Positions 18,861-28,820 of a stretch of DNA of 64,000 nucleotides are shown piece after piece. Under the pieces are notes generated by a model that did not search any database, was not told the DNA's origin, and saw only the letters and a program-made list of their open reading frames with translations. The stretch comes from an uncultured Rickettsiales bacterium (GTDB lineage: Bacteria > Pseudomonadota > Alphaproteobacteria > Rickettsiales > CANDYO01), in the NCBI GenBank assembly GCA_964627795.1, contig CAZVLF010000008.1, positions 18,219 to 82,218 of the forward strand. Reading direction: 5' to 3'. Position numbers and translations under genes: made by a program. The stretch's first letter is position 1, and the number at the start of each line of letters is the position of its first letter.

Positions 18861-20376
18861 TTTTTCTCCTTATATTTGCAATGAAATTTTTATCTAAAAT
18901 TCCTATTAATATGGCAATAGAAAAATAAACGAAAACAGCAATAATAACCTCAAGCATAAAAAAATATAATCGGTTATTAAATTTAAATTCCACCATTTTT
19001 AATAGAATTAAAGCAAATGACATTAAACCACAAGAAAAAATTATTTTAAGCATGTAAATTAAAAATTGCCTTTTTAACCTAAAAATATTGTTTTTATGCT
19101 GAAAATAATATAACAAAAACACATTAATCCATGCCGATAGTGAAGTTGCAAGAGCAATCCCAACAAAAGAAAAATACTTAATAAGACTTAACGAAAATAT
19201 TACGTTTGTTACAATACAACACATAGATATTCTAACTGGAGTTTTAGTATCATGATGCGCGTAATATCTTGGAGTTAATACTTTAACAAGAATAAAAGCT
19301 GGAAGTCCAATTGATAACGCCGCTAAAGCTGAAAATACTTTATTGGTATCACTATTATCAAAATGCCCTCTTTCAAACAAAAGGGCAATTATCTGATCCC
19401 CAACTAAAATAAAAGCAATTGCACATGGGAGAGCTAAAAATAAGGAAATTTCAATAGCTTTGCTTTGAGTTTTGTTCGCGTATTCCAATTGATTTATACG
19501 AACATATTTAGATAAGGTTGGAAGTAAAACTGTTCCTAATGCAGTTCCTATAATTGCTAGGGGAAATTGGTTTAAGCGATCGGCGAAATATAATATTGAG
19601 GGCGCTCCATCAATATAAGATGCTATAATGGTATCAATAGCTAAATTAATTTGCACCACACCACTGCCAACTATAGCTGGCACCATATTTTTAAGCATCT
19701 GTTTTATTTCACTATTAATTGTGATCGGCACAAAACCAATTTTTACATCTGCTTTATATGCAGCGAGAATAATCAATGATAGCTGGCATATGCCTGCTAG
19801 AAAAACTCCATATGCAAGGGCATGGGAAGCAGATTTAGATATTGGAGTTAAATAATATATAGCTAAAATCATAACCACATTTAAAATAATAGGTAGTGAT
19901 GAGGCTATAGCAAATTTATTTAAAGAATTTAAAACACCAGCATATAAAGAAGCTAAAGCAATGAAAAAAAGATAAGGAACAGTATAATAAGATAAACTAA
20001 CTGTAAGAAGAAATTTATCTTTGTTATCTGTAAAACCTGGCGCAAGAATTTCAACCAAATTCGGCATAAATATCATTAATATAGATACAAAAACTGCAAC
20101 AATAATCAATAACAATGAGAATACATGGCTTGCAAATTTTAAAGATTCTTGTTTTGAGGAAACAGCTAATTTAGAAGAAAACATAGGAACAAAAGCTGAA
20201 CTGAAGGCTCCTTCAGCAAATAAGCTTCTAAAAGTATTAGGTAACCTAAAAGCAACTGCGAAACTATCAGCATTAAGCCCTAAATAAGAAGCTATTAATA
20301 TATCCCTAATATAGCCAAAAACTCTGGAAACAAAAGTAAGGAAAGCTACTATAATACCTGATTTGATGATTTGCAT
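18853..20376 (-). CDS. murJ: Lipid II flippase MurJ (MviN)
   Basis: 507 aa with about 14 TM spans. N-terminal block SRVFGYIRDILIASYLGLNADSFAVAFRLPNTFRSLFAEGAFSSAFVPMFS. Confidence 0.9.
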   Translation of the reverse strand: MQIIKSGIIVAFLTFVSRVFGYIRDILIASYLGLNADSFAVAFRLPNTFRSLFAEGAFSSAFVPMFSSKLAVSSKQESLKFASHVFSLLLIIVAVFVSILMIFMPNLVEILAPGFTDNKDKFLLTVSLSYYTVPYLFFIALASLYAGVLNSLNKFAIASSLPIILNVVMILAIYYLTPISKSASHALAYGVFLAGICQLSLIILAAYKADVKIGFVPITINSEIKQMLKNMVPAIVGSGVVQINLAIDTIIASYIDGAPSILYFADRLNQFPLAIIGTALGTVLLPTLSKYVRINQLEYANKTQSKAIEISLFLALPCAIAFILVGDQIIALLFERGHFDNSDTNKVFSALAALSIGLPAFILVKVLTPRYYAHHDTKTPVRISMCCIVTNVIFSLSLIKYFSFVGIALATSLSAWINVFLLYYFQHKNNIFRLKRQFLIYMLKIIFSCGLMSFALILLKMVEFKFNNRLYFFMLEVIIAVFVYFSIAILIGILDKNFIANIRRKNG

Positions 20377-20436
20377 AATTGATTTTATTACAATATAATG
20401 TTAAATTAACGATATTTAAATAATGGTAATATTGCA

Positions 20437-21153
20437 ATGGATATTTTTTCTACACAAGCTTTAATTGACATTACAACTCTCACTGGATTAGAGATTATAC
20501 TTGGAATTGATAATGTAATTTTCATTGCAATTCTTATACAACATTTAGCCCCTAAAGAAAGAAATAAAGCTAGATTTATTGGTTTAAGCCTTGCTTTAAT
20601 AATGAGGGTTTTAATGCTTTTTTGTGCTACATGGATAATGAAGCTTACTGATCCTTTCTGGACTTTATTTTCATTCCCCATTTCCGGAAGAACCTTATTA
20701 TTAATTCTTGGTGGCTTATTTTTAGTAGTAAAGGCTATTTTAGAATTATATGAAATGTTTAATCCCCATGAAGATGAGCAAGTTACCAAGAAAGATGAGA
20801 CAAAATATTCAAGAATAATAGCGCAAATTATTCTTATAGATTTAATATTATCTTTTGATTCTATAATAACTGCTGTTGGAATAAGTAATAATTTTTCTAT
20901 TATGGTTTTTGCTATTGTAATTGCTATGATTGTAATGCTAATTTCAGCTAATTCAATAGGGGACTTTATTTATAAAAACCCATCTATTAAAGTTCTTGCA
21001 CTTGCTTTTATAGGTTTTGTGGGAGTATTTTTAGTTTTAACAGGGTTTAATTTATATTTTGATAAAGCTTATTTATATTTTTCATTCTTCTTTTCAGGTG
21101 TAGTAGAATTTATAAATATAAAACTTAAAAAGAAAATAGAACTCAAGAAATAA
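20437..21153 (+). CDS. TerC-family integral membrane protein
   Basis: LEIILGIDNVIFIAIL and LIDLILSFDSIITAVG are the duplicated TerC motifs. About 7 TM spans. Confidence 0.85.
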   Translation: MDIFSTQALIDITTLTGLEIILGIDNVIFIAILIQHLAPKERNKARFIGLSLALIMRVLMLFCATWIMKLTDPFWTLFSFPISGRTLLLILGGLFLVVKAILELYEMFNPHEDEQVTKKDETKYSRIIAQIILIDLILSFDSIITAVGISNNFSIMVFAIVIAMIVMLISANSIGDFIYKNPSIKVLALAFIGFVGVFLVLTGFNLYFDKAYLYFSFFFSGVVEFINIKLKKKIELKK

Positions 21154-21160
21154 AGATTTT

Positions 21161-21437
21161 ATGCGCTTATGCTTACTATTTATAGCAAGCATTATGTTGC
21201 AACTTTCATTAGCAAAATCAAAATTTTCTCATTAAACATTATTTAACTATTTTAAAAATTGGAAACGGAGATATCTATATATATTCAGATGACAACAAAG
21301 TGCAATGCCCTTCTTTTATCCATAAGATGAAACTTTTAGAAACTAGAAAATGCACAGATGGTTATGTGCTTTCACAAGAAATAATTAATAATGTTCAGGT
21401 AAATAAATGCTTAACCACTGTTGATGATGCATACTGA
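21161..21437 (+). pseudogene. Possible degraded gene for a small secreted Cys-containing protein
   Basis: ATG at 21161 opens a signal-peptide-like 24-codon ORF (MRLCLLFIASIMLQLSLAKSKFSH) that stops at 21233. The +1 frame is open from 21213 to TGA at 21435 and encodes ...IGNGDIYIYSDDNKVQCPSFIHKMKLLETRKCTDGYVLSQEIINNVQVNKCLTTVDDAY, which has 4 Cys. Confidence 0.3.
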
Positions 21438-21534
21438 ACTATAGATCTTTCTAGAAGTTGAGCTTTTAGCGAATTTGTAAATTATAAATTCTAAAAGTTA
21501 TTAAGTTTAAGTATTTTGTTAGCAAACAAAATAT

Positions 21535-22584
21535 TCAACTTAAATAAACTCTGTTTGTATTCGAAGTCAAAGCTATCAAAAGAGCCTTTGGATTAAGGTC
21601 ACAAGCCCTTTTATAATCGTCTAATGATAAATTACCACCTAATATTTCTACTTCAGTACCTAATTTTAAATCATAATCAGGTACCGAAGAAACATCTAAG
21701 CACACGCTATTCATTTCAATTTTGCTGTAAAATGGAATAGAATTATCATTTAAATATAATTTTCCAACTTTAGTAATGTCAATTCCTTTTGTTTTTAATA
21801 AACCAAAAGGAATATTAGCTAATACTAATTTTTTGCTGTAATATTTATCATTTTCTAAATAAGTATGTTCTTCATTTCTAGTTTGAATAATATCACTTAA
21901 AATAGTTAACGCTGGTACAAATCTTGAATCAGAATTATTACAACCATATATCTGTAAGTCTAACTTCAATACATTCATTTCAGTTGGTGGTGCTAACAAT
22001 ATGTCTCCTGAATGTGATCCTATAACCTGAACTTTAAGGGTATTTTTTATAGACTTAAGCTTTTCTAGCATAGAAAAATCACTACTATCAATATTTGCAA
22101 TGATTGCTTTGATTTTTATTTTTTTAGAAAAGTAATTTTGCTCTAAAAGATTTAAGACATCATCAATTAAAAAACCTAAACTACCTTTATTACTTGTAAT
22201 TTTAATTGCAGCTTCAAATGATTTGCTTTTTCTTAAAGCAAAACTATTAAATAAATTAAACTGCTCACAACTATTAAGCACAGGAATAATGTAATTTTGA
22301 ACAAAATCTGCTTCTTCTCCAGCATATATACCATTATCCACAAATATAGTGTCAGTAATAGAAATAGAGTTTCTTAATCCTAGAGCTTCGTTAATGCTAG
22401 CCACAAAAAATTTGTTGCATCCACTAATAGAGAGAATTCTCATAACTTCCTTTGCTCCAACCCCAAAAGCATCGAAACTAATATCAGTTGCAAAATCGCA
22501 TTTTGAACTTAAAGATTTTTTGATAGTTTTAAAATTTGTTGCTAATGCTTCTAAATCTAAATAAAGCTTATTAAACCGCTCCAT
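21535..22584 (-). CDS. alr: Alanine racemase homologue with substituted active-site residues
   Basis: 349 aa. Alr-like blocks by eye: LYLDLEALATNF, FFVASINEALGLR, IKITSNKGSLGF (vs K-I-D-T-G-M-x-R-L-G-F), SHS, QIYG, IEMNSVCLDV. The gene sits directly downstream of dnaB, as in E. coli. The PLP-lysine position reads Ser. Confidence 0.65.
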   Translation of the reverse strand: MERFNKLYLDLEALATNFKTIKKSLSSKCDFATDISFDAFGVGAKEVMRILSISGCNKFFVASINEALGLRNSISITDTIFVDNGIYAGEEADFVQNYIIPVLNSCEQFNLFNSFALRKSKSFEAAIKITSNKGSLGFLIDDVLNLLEQNYFSKKIKIKAIIANIDSSDFSMLEKLKSIKNTLKVQVIGSHSGDILLAPPTEMNVLKLDLQIYGCNNSDSRFVPALTILSDIIQTRNEEHTYLENDKYYSKKLVLANIPFGLLKTKGIDITKVGKLYLNDNSIPFYSKIEMNSVCLDVSSVPDYDLKLGTEVEILGGNLSLDDYKRACDLNPKALLIALTSNTNRVYLS

Positions 22585-22597
22585 ATAACCTCAAAAA

Positions 22598-24067
22598 TTA
22601 ATATTGAATATTTGCATGGTTATCAAATTTGGTCGTTTTAGAATCAAAATGAAGTTTAACTGCTCCAACCGGACCGTTACGCTGCTTAGCTATAATTACT
22701 TCAGCAGTATTAATTACTTTATTCATTTCTTCTTGCCATCTTTCATATTCTATAGTTCCTTCTTTTGGTTGTTTACGAACTAAATAATATTCATCTCGGT
22801 AAATAAACATAACTATATCAGCATCTTGTTCAATACTTCCAGATTCACGCAAATCTGATAGCATCGGCCTTTTATCTTCTCTTTGTTCAACTGCACGAGA
22901 AAGCTGAGAAAGAGCAATTACAGGAATATTTAGTTCTTTAGCAATAGCTTTCAATCCTTGGGTAATTTCAGAAATTTCTTGTACCCTACTATCTTCACTA
23001 CTTCTTGAAGATCCTTTTAAAAGCTGTAAATAGTCAACAATCAATAAGCCCAAATTATGTCTTCTTTTCATTCTTCTAGCTCTTGTTCTAAGGGCAGCTA
23101 TAGAAATAGAAGGTGTATCATCGATAAAAAACTCTAAGCTTGCAAGGTCTTTACTGGCTTTAACTATTTTCGTAAAATCATTTTCTGAAATCTGCCCAGA
23201 ACGCAAGTTACTTGAATGAACTTGAGAAAATATTGCCATCATTCTCGCTGCAAGTTGCTCAGCTGACATCTCAAGTGAGAAGAATCCAACAGACGCCGGG
23301 CGAGCATCTTCTTCTTTTTTATTCTCATATACTTCTTTCATATGAAGGCAAGCATTTAAAGCCAAATTAATAGATAAAGCTGTTTTTCCCATAGAAGGCC
23401 TTGCTGCCAAAATAATTAGATCAGAATTTTGCATTCCGCATAACATTCGATCAAGATCAATAAAGCCTGTAGAAATACCTGTTATTTTTTCTTGGCGTTT
23501 AAATGCTGATTGAATTCTTTCTAAAGCTTGACCAAGTGAGAATTTAAGTCCTTGGGTATTGGAGGTGGAATCTCTTCCTAAACTACCAAGATTAAAGAGT
23601 TCTTGCTCAGCTAGTTCAATTTGTTGAGCTGCTGTTGATTTTAAATCAGCTTTATAAGCACCATTAACAATATCTTCTCCAATATTTATAAGATGTCTTC
23701 TAATTGCTAAATCTACTATTGTCTTTGCATAATCAACAATATTAATAATTGTTGTTGAAAGAGATGCAAGTTTAGCTAAATAGTCTTCACTCTTCATTTC
23801 TTTTAGAGTTGGATCTTGATCAAAATGATTTTTTAAAGTAACAACATTAGCAAGCATGCCTCGATCAATAAAAACTGCTATTGCTTGAAAAATTCTTCTA
23901 TGAAGCGGCTCATAGAAGTGATCAGCATGCAATATATCACTGATTTTATGATATGATTCATTATTAGTGAGTATACTTCCCAGTAGCATTTGCTCAGCTA
24001 ATATATTTGATGGCATAACTCGCACTAAAGAGAGCTGCTCTATTGATTGATCTGGTTGATTAGACAT
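22598..24067 (-). CDS. dnaB: Replicative DNA helicase DnaB
   Basis: 489 aa. PSNILAEQMLLGSIL N-terminal domain, Walker A ARPSMGKTALSINLA, SLEMSAEQL, VIALSQLSRAVEQR and IIAKQRNGPVG. Confidence 0.96.
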   Translation of the reverse strand: MSNQPDQSIEQLSLVRVMPSNILAEQMLLGSILTNNESYHKISDILHADHFYEPLHRRIFQAIAVFIDRGMLANVVTLKNHFDQDPTLKEMKSEDYLAKLASLSTTIINIVDYAKTIVDLAIRRHLINIGEDIVNGAYKADLKSTAAQQIELAEQELFNLGSLGRDSTSNTQGLKFSLGQALERIQSAFKRQEKITGISTGFIDLDRMLCGMQNSDLIILAARPSMGKTALSINLALNACLHMKEVYENKKEEDARPASVGFFSLEMSAEQLAARMMAIFSQVHSSNLRSGQISENDFTKIVKASKDLASLEFFIDDTPSISIAALRTRARRMKRRHNLGLLIVDYLQLLKGSSRSSEDSRVQEISEITQGLKAIAKELNIPVIALSQLSRAVEQREDKRPMLSDLRESGSIEQDADIVMFIYRDEYYLVRKQPKEGTIEYERWQEEMNKVINTAEVIIAKQRNGPVGAVKLHFDSKTTKFDNHANIQY

Positions 24068-24130
24068 CTGGCGCTAAATTATTTTATTGTAAAATACATA
24101 TTAACTTAAAAAAGATAAAAAATCTACTTA

Positions 24131-24742
24131 TTATCTTCCTACTTTTCTTTGCCTATCTACCTTATTATTTGCTATAGTTTTAGCCATTTCACCTTGATTG
24201 CTTTGAGCATCTCTAATTGCTTGAGAAGCATCACCTAGATTCTCGCCAGCATAGTCATATTTTTTAGATGCTGAATTTATTTTTCTTTTTAATTCTTCAG
24301 CTTCTTTAATACCTAATGGATCACTTAAAAAACTTGTTAAAAAACCTTTTTTTTCTTTGCCATTCTGATCTTTATTAGAAGGAGAAATATTTTGCACTTT
24401 AGCTGTATCTTCTTTTAAAGCTTTCTCAGAAGATTGAATTTTCGATTGTTTTTTCTTAATTCTAGCTTGAGTATGATTATCTGCTTGTTGGAAAGATTGA
24501 ATTATTGTCTGGATCTCTTCTTTTTTTGCCGCAGTTGCTGATGGTTTGGAAAAACTAAATAATGAACCAATATATGAAAAAAATCCGCTAACCATAGATA
24601 GAAATGATCTTTTTTTATCTTCTTTTTTTGGCTTTTCAAATATTTTCTTTTGTTCTTCTAGTTGGGTTAATCCAGTTCCAATTTCCTCAGCAGTTTGCTC
24701 AGCCCACTCTCCATACTTGCCTTGAGATTTATTTTTTTTCAT
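24131..24742 (-). CDS. Hypothetical Lys/Gln/Ser-rich 203-aa protein
   Basis: A strong AAGGAG lies 7 nt upstream of the ATG, immediately after the gyrA stop. Low-complexity basic sequence with two short hydrophobic patches (FLSMVSGFFSYIGSLFSF and GFLTSFLSDPLGI). Confidence 0.55.
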   Translation of the reverse strand: MKKNKSQGKYGEWAEQTAEEIGTGLTQLEEQKKIFEKPKKEDKKRSFLSMVSGFFSYIGSLFSFSKPSATAAKKEEIQTIIQSFQQADNHTQARIKKKQSKIQSSEKALKEDTAKVQNISPSNKDQNGKEKKGFLTSFLSDPLGIKEAEELKRKINSASKKYDYAGENLGDASQAIRDAQSNQGEMAKTIANNKVDRQRKVGR

Positions 24743-24765
24743 AATTTACTCCTTTTAAAGTTTTT

Positions 24766-27513
24766 TTACTCCTCTATGCTAATATCAGTAGCAGTATCAC
24801 TCTCTATAAAATTTTCATCTCCCATATTTTCATCTTCATCCTCACCAGGAATCTTTTCTACAGAAACAACTGTCTCATTAGCAGCAGTTCTAAATACCAC
24901 CACTCCTTGAGTTGCTCTTCCTGAAATTCTAATATCCCTTACTGGGCAACGAATAACTGTTCCTTTATTGGTAATCATTAAAAGATGATCTTCAGCATCA
25001 ATTGGCATGCTTGCAACCACATTACCATTACGTTCAGAAGTAATAATATTTACGACCCCACTTCCTCCTCTATCAGTTATTCTATATTCGTAAGCTGAGC
25101 TACGTTTAGCAAAACCATTTTCCGTTACGGTAAGAATAAATTGTTCATCTTTTGCCATTGCTAAGATTTTTTCTATTGTTAAACTATAATCTTCATTCCC
25201 AACAACCTGTTTTGCTTCTTCGATATCCTCAATTTTTGCTAAAGTTAGCCTTTGTTCAAGAGGTATACGTAAGAAATTATCTCTTTCTTCAGTTAAGAAT
25301 TTTGCTCCACTTAAGATAGACATTGAAATAAGCCTATCCCCATCACTTAACCTCATGCCACGAACGCCATCAGAATCACGACTTTTAAATATTCTCACTG
25401 CTTCAACTGGGAATCTTACACTTCTACCATCTCTTGCAGCAAGCAGAACATGATCTTGAGGGTAGCATAATCTTACTCCAATAATCTTATCATCATCCTG
25501 CAATTTCATTGCAATTTTTCCGTTTGATTGAACTGATTTAAAGTCATCAATACTATTTCTTCTTATTCCACCTTTATCGGTTGCAAACATAATGCATAAA
25601 TCATTCCAATCCTCCTCATTACCAGGAAGAAGCATAACTTCATTAATTTTTTCATGCTCCTGAAGAGGGAAAATATTCATTAAAGATCTACCTTTAGCTT
25701 GCGCATTAGCAAGAGGAAGCTTATAAACTTTAAGCTTATATACCTTACCAACTGTAGAAAAGAATAATACGTTATCGTGAGTGTTTGCAGTAAAGATTTT
25801 AACAATTAAATCTTCATCTCTAACTGTAATGCCTGATTTTCCTTTCCCACCTCTTCTTTGAGCGCGATAAGTTGATAAAGGAGTACGTTTAATATATCCA
25901 CCCGCAGTTACTGTAACAACCATATCTTCTTTTGGTATAAGGTCTTCAATATCATGCTCAAACTCACTCATTTCAATTGAAGTTCTTCTCTCTGTGGCAA
26001 ATTCTTCTTTAACTTCTAAAAATTCTTGCCTTAAAATAGATAATAATCTTGCTCGTGAACTTAAAATATCCACATAATCTGTTATTTCTTCTCCAAGACT
26101 AGCTAATTCATTAGTTAGCTTATCATATTCAAGGCCTGTTAAGCGTTGCAAACGCATCTCAAGAATTGCTTTTGCTTGTGCTTCAGTGAAATAACATCTT
26201 CCATCTTTAATTTCATTTCTAGTATCACCGACAATATTAATTAAGCCTTGAACTTCATCAGCCACCCAACTTCTTTCAAGCAATCTTTGTTTTGCAGTAT
26301 CTGGATCTGGAGAAGTTCTAATGAGAGCAATAACTTCATCAATATTTTTAACTGCTATTGATAAGCCAATTAAAATATGAGCTCTATCCTTTGCTTTATT
26401 AAGCATAAAGATAGTTCTGCGAGTTACGACTTCTTCTCTAAATTTAACAAAAGCCTTAATTACATCTAATAAATTCATTAATTTTGGCTGCCCACGATCA
26501 AGCGCAAGCATATTTACACCAAATGATGTTTGTAAAGGAGTATAAGAATAAAGTTGGTTTAAGATAACATCTGCATAAGCATCTTTTTTAAGTTCAATAA
26601 CTACCCTAATTCCTTGACGATCAGATTCATCTCTTAAATCACTAATACCTTCAATTTTCTTTTCTTTTACTAATTCAGCTATTCTTTCCACAAATTTTGC
26701 TTTGTTTACCTGATATGGTAGCTCATCAATAATAATCGCCTGTTTTTTATCTTTTGTTTCCTCTTGATGAACTTTACCTCTAATTATAATGGAGCCCCTT
26801 CCGGTTAGGAAAGCTGATCTTATTCCTGCTCTACCTAGAATTATACCACCTGTTGGAAAATCAGGGCCTTGAACAATATCAAATAACTCTTCAGATGTAA
26901 TATTATGATTATCAAGGTAAGCACAGCAAGCATCTAACACTTCACCAAGATTATGAGTAGGAATATTAGTTGCCATACCTACAGCAATGCCACCTGCTCC
27001 ATTCACTAGCAAGTTAGGAAATTTTGCTGGGAGAACTACTGGTTCTAACTCATTACCATCATAATTGGCTTTAAAATCAACTGTATCTTTATCAATATCA
27101 TCAAGAATATAATGGGCAAGCTTTGCCATTCTTGATTCTGTATAACGCATTGCAGCTGGTGAATCACCATCAACTGAGCCAAAGTTACCCTGCCCATCTA
27201 CTAATGGCTCTCTTAAAGAGAAATCTTGAGCCATTCTCACTAAAGAATCATAAATTGCTGCATCGCCATGAGGGTGATATTTACCCATCACATCACCAAC
27301 TATTCTTGCTGATTTACGATAAGGCTTATTGGAATAACAGCCAGATTCGTTCATTGCATATAATATTCTTCTATGAACTGGCTTTAAACCATCACATACA
27401 TCAGGAATTGCCCTACTAACAATTACGCTCATTGCATAATCTAGATAGGAGCGTTTCATCTCATCTTCAATACTAACTGGCAATAAATTGTGATGTTTAA
27501 ATGACTCTTCCAA
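24766..27513 (-). CDS. gyrA: DNA gyrase subunit A
   Basis: 915 aa. [27 protein letters not shown], active-site AAMRYTE, C-terminal beta-pinwheel repeats and an acidic tail. Confidence 0.97.
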   Translation of the reverse strand: MEESFKHHNLLPVSIEDEMKRSYLDYAMSVIVSRAIPDVCDGLKPVHRRILYAMNESGCYSNKPYRKSARIVGDVMGKYHPHGDAAIYDSLVRMAQDFSLREPLVDGQGNFGSVDGDSPAAMRYTESRMAKLAHYILDDIDKDTVDFKANYDGNELEPVVLPAKFPNLLVNGAGGIAVGMATNIPTHNLGEVLDACCAYLDNHNITSEELFDIVQGPDFPTGGIILGRAGIRSAFLTGRGSIIIRGKVHQEETKDKKQAIIIDELPYQVNKAKFVERIAELVKEKKIEGISDLRDESDRQGIRVVIELKKDAYADVILNQLYSYTPLQTSFGVNMLALDRGQPKLMNLLDVIKAFVKFREEVVTRRTIFMLNKAKDRAHILIGLSIAVKNIDEVIALIRTSPDPDTAKQRLLERSWVADEVQGLINIVGDTRNEIKDGRCYFTEAQAKAILEMRLQRLTGLEYDKLTNELASLGEEITDYVDILSSRARLLSILRQEFLEVKEEFATERRTSIEMSEFEHDIEDLIPKEDMVVTVTAGGYIKRTPLSTYRAQRRGGKGKSGITVRDEDLIVKIFTANTHDNVLFFSTVGKVYKLKVYKLPLANAQAKGRSLMNIFPLQEHEKINEVMLLPGNEEDWNDLCIMFATDKGGIRRNSIDDFKSVQSNGKIAMKLQDDDKIIGVRLCYPQDHVLLAARDGRSVRFPVEAVRIFKSRDSDGVRGMRLSDGDRLISMSILSGAKFLTEERDNFLRIPLEQRLTLAKIEDIEEAKQVVGNEDYSLTIEKILAMAKDEQFILTVTENGFAKRSSAYEYRITDRGGSGVVNIITSERNGNVVASMPIDAEDHLLMITNKGTVIRCPVRDIRISGRATQGVVVFRTAANETVVSVEKIPGEDEDENMGDENFIESDTATDISIEE

Positions 27514-27639
27514 AATAACCTCAAAACTAGTAATTAGTTAACCTATAATTAATAGCCTAAACAATAGTTTAAATCAAGATAATTTAACTATTCAACCATT
27601 ATATAATATAAGGAATTTTTAAAAAAAATATTATAGCTT

Positions 27640-28818
27640 CTAAGCCTTCTCTACGCAAAGAGCAACACCCATTCCACCACCTACGCATAAAGTTGCCAAT
27701 CCTTTATTAGCTTGCCTATTTTTCATTGCATGAATTAGCGTAACCAGCACTCTAGCTCCAGAAGCACCTATAGGATGACCTAAAGCTACTGCTCCACCAT
27801 TAACATTAACTTTTTGCAAATCCCATTCAAGCTCTTTACTAACAGATATAGCCTGAGCGGCAAAAGCCTCATTAGATTCTATTAAATCAAGATCGTTGAT
27901 ATTCCATCCAGCTTTATGTAAAGCTTTTTTTACAGCGTAAACTGGCCCTATTCCCATGATACTTGGATCCACTCCGGCATGAGCATGAGACACTATTCTT
28001 GCTAGTGGAGTTAAATTATATTTTTTTAATGCACTTTCATTCATTAATAGCAAAGCAGCAGCTCCATCATTAATCCCTGAGGAATTACCCGCGGTAACAG
28101 TTCCATTTAGATTAAATGCTGGGCGTAGCTTTGCTAAAGAATCTATAGTTACTGACTTACGAATAAATTCATCATTAACAAAGGCTACTACACCTTCTTT
28201 AGTTTTAATTGGGATAGGAACAATTTCTTCTGTAAATAAACCTGAAGCTTGAGCTAACTCAGCTTTATTATGTGACTTTACTGCAAATTCATCTTGCTCT
28301 TGACGAGAAATTGAATATTTCTTAACTAAATTTTCAGCAGTAATACCCATAGGATATTTAGCAAAAGCATCTGTTAGCCCATCAAAAGCCATTGTATCAA
28401 TCATGCTTGCATCACCATATTTGTGAGGTGATCTTAAGTGAATCGCATGCGGAGCAAGGCTCATATTTTCTTGCCCTCCTGCAATAACAATTTCACTATC
28501 ACCATTTATTATTGATTGATAACCTAAAGCAACAGCTCTTAAACCCGAACCACAAACCTGGCTTACAGTCATTGCTGGAACTTCAAATGGTATTCCACTC
28601 GTTACACTAGCTTGTCGAGTAGGATTCTGGCCCTGAGCAGCAGTTAAAACTTGCCCCATTATAACTTCAGATATTGATGAGGGATCAAGTAAATTTCTTG
28701 AAATTATATCTTTAAACAAGTATGAAGAAAGTGTATGAGCAGGAATTGTTGATAATGAGCCATTTAAATTACCAATTGCGGTTCTCTTGGCATCAACTAT
28801 ATACACATCCTCTTTCAT
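27640..28818 (-). CDS. Acetyl-CoA C-acetyltransferase (thiolase II)
   Basis: 392 aa. Nucleophile block VSQVCGSGLRAV, NVNGGAVALGHPIGASGARVL, and C-terminal CVGGGMGVALCVE. Confidence 0.93.
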   Translation of the reverse strand: MKEDVYIVDAKRTAIGNLNGSLSTIPAHTLSSYLFKDIISRNLLDPSSISEVIMGQVLTAAQGQNPTRQASVTSGIPFEVPAMTVSQVCGSGLRAVALGYQSIINGDSEIVIAGGQENMSLAPHAIHLRSPHKYGDASMIDTMAFDGLTDAFAKYPMGITAENLVKKYSISRQEQDEFAVKSHNKAELAQASGLFTEEIVPIPIKTKEGVVAFVNDEFIRKSVTIDSLAKLRPAFNLNGTVTAGNSSGINDGAAALLLMNESALKKYNLTPLARIVSHAHAGVDPSIMGIGPVYAVKKALHKAGWNINDLDLIESNEAFAAQAISVSKELEWDLQKVNVNGGAVALGHPIGASGARVLVTLIHAMKNRQANKGLATLCVGGGMGVALCVEKA

Positions 28819-28820
28819 TC

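Noticed and set aside
20406..20789. A 127-aa minus-strand ORF overlapping the 5' half of terC.
   Set aside because: It is antisense to a TerC gene with both family motifs intact. It has no RBS and no recognisable features, so it is a shadow ORF.
22334..22342. A perfect DnaA-box consensus, TTATCCACA.
   Set aside because: It is a single copy inside the alr-like coding region with no cluster of boxes and no adjacent AT-rich unwinding element. It is expected by chance.
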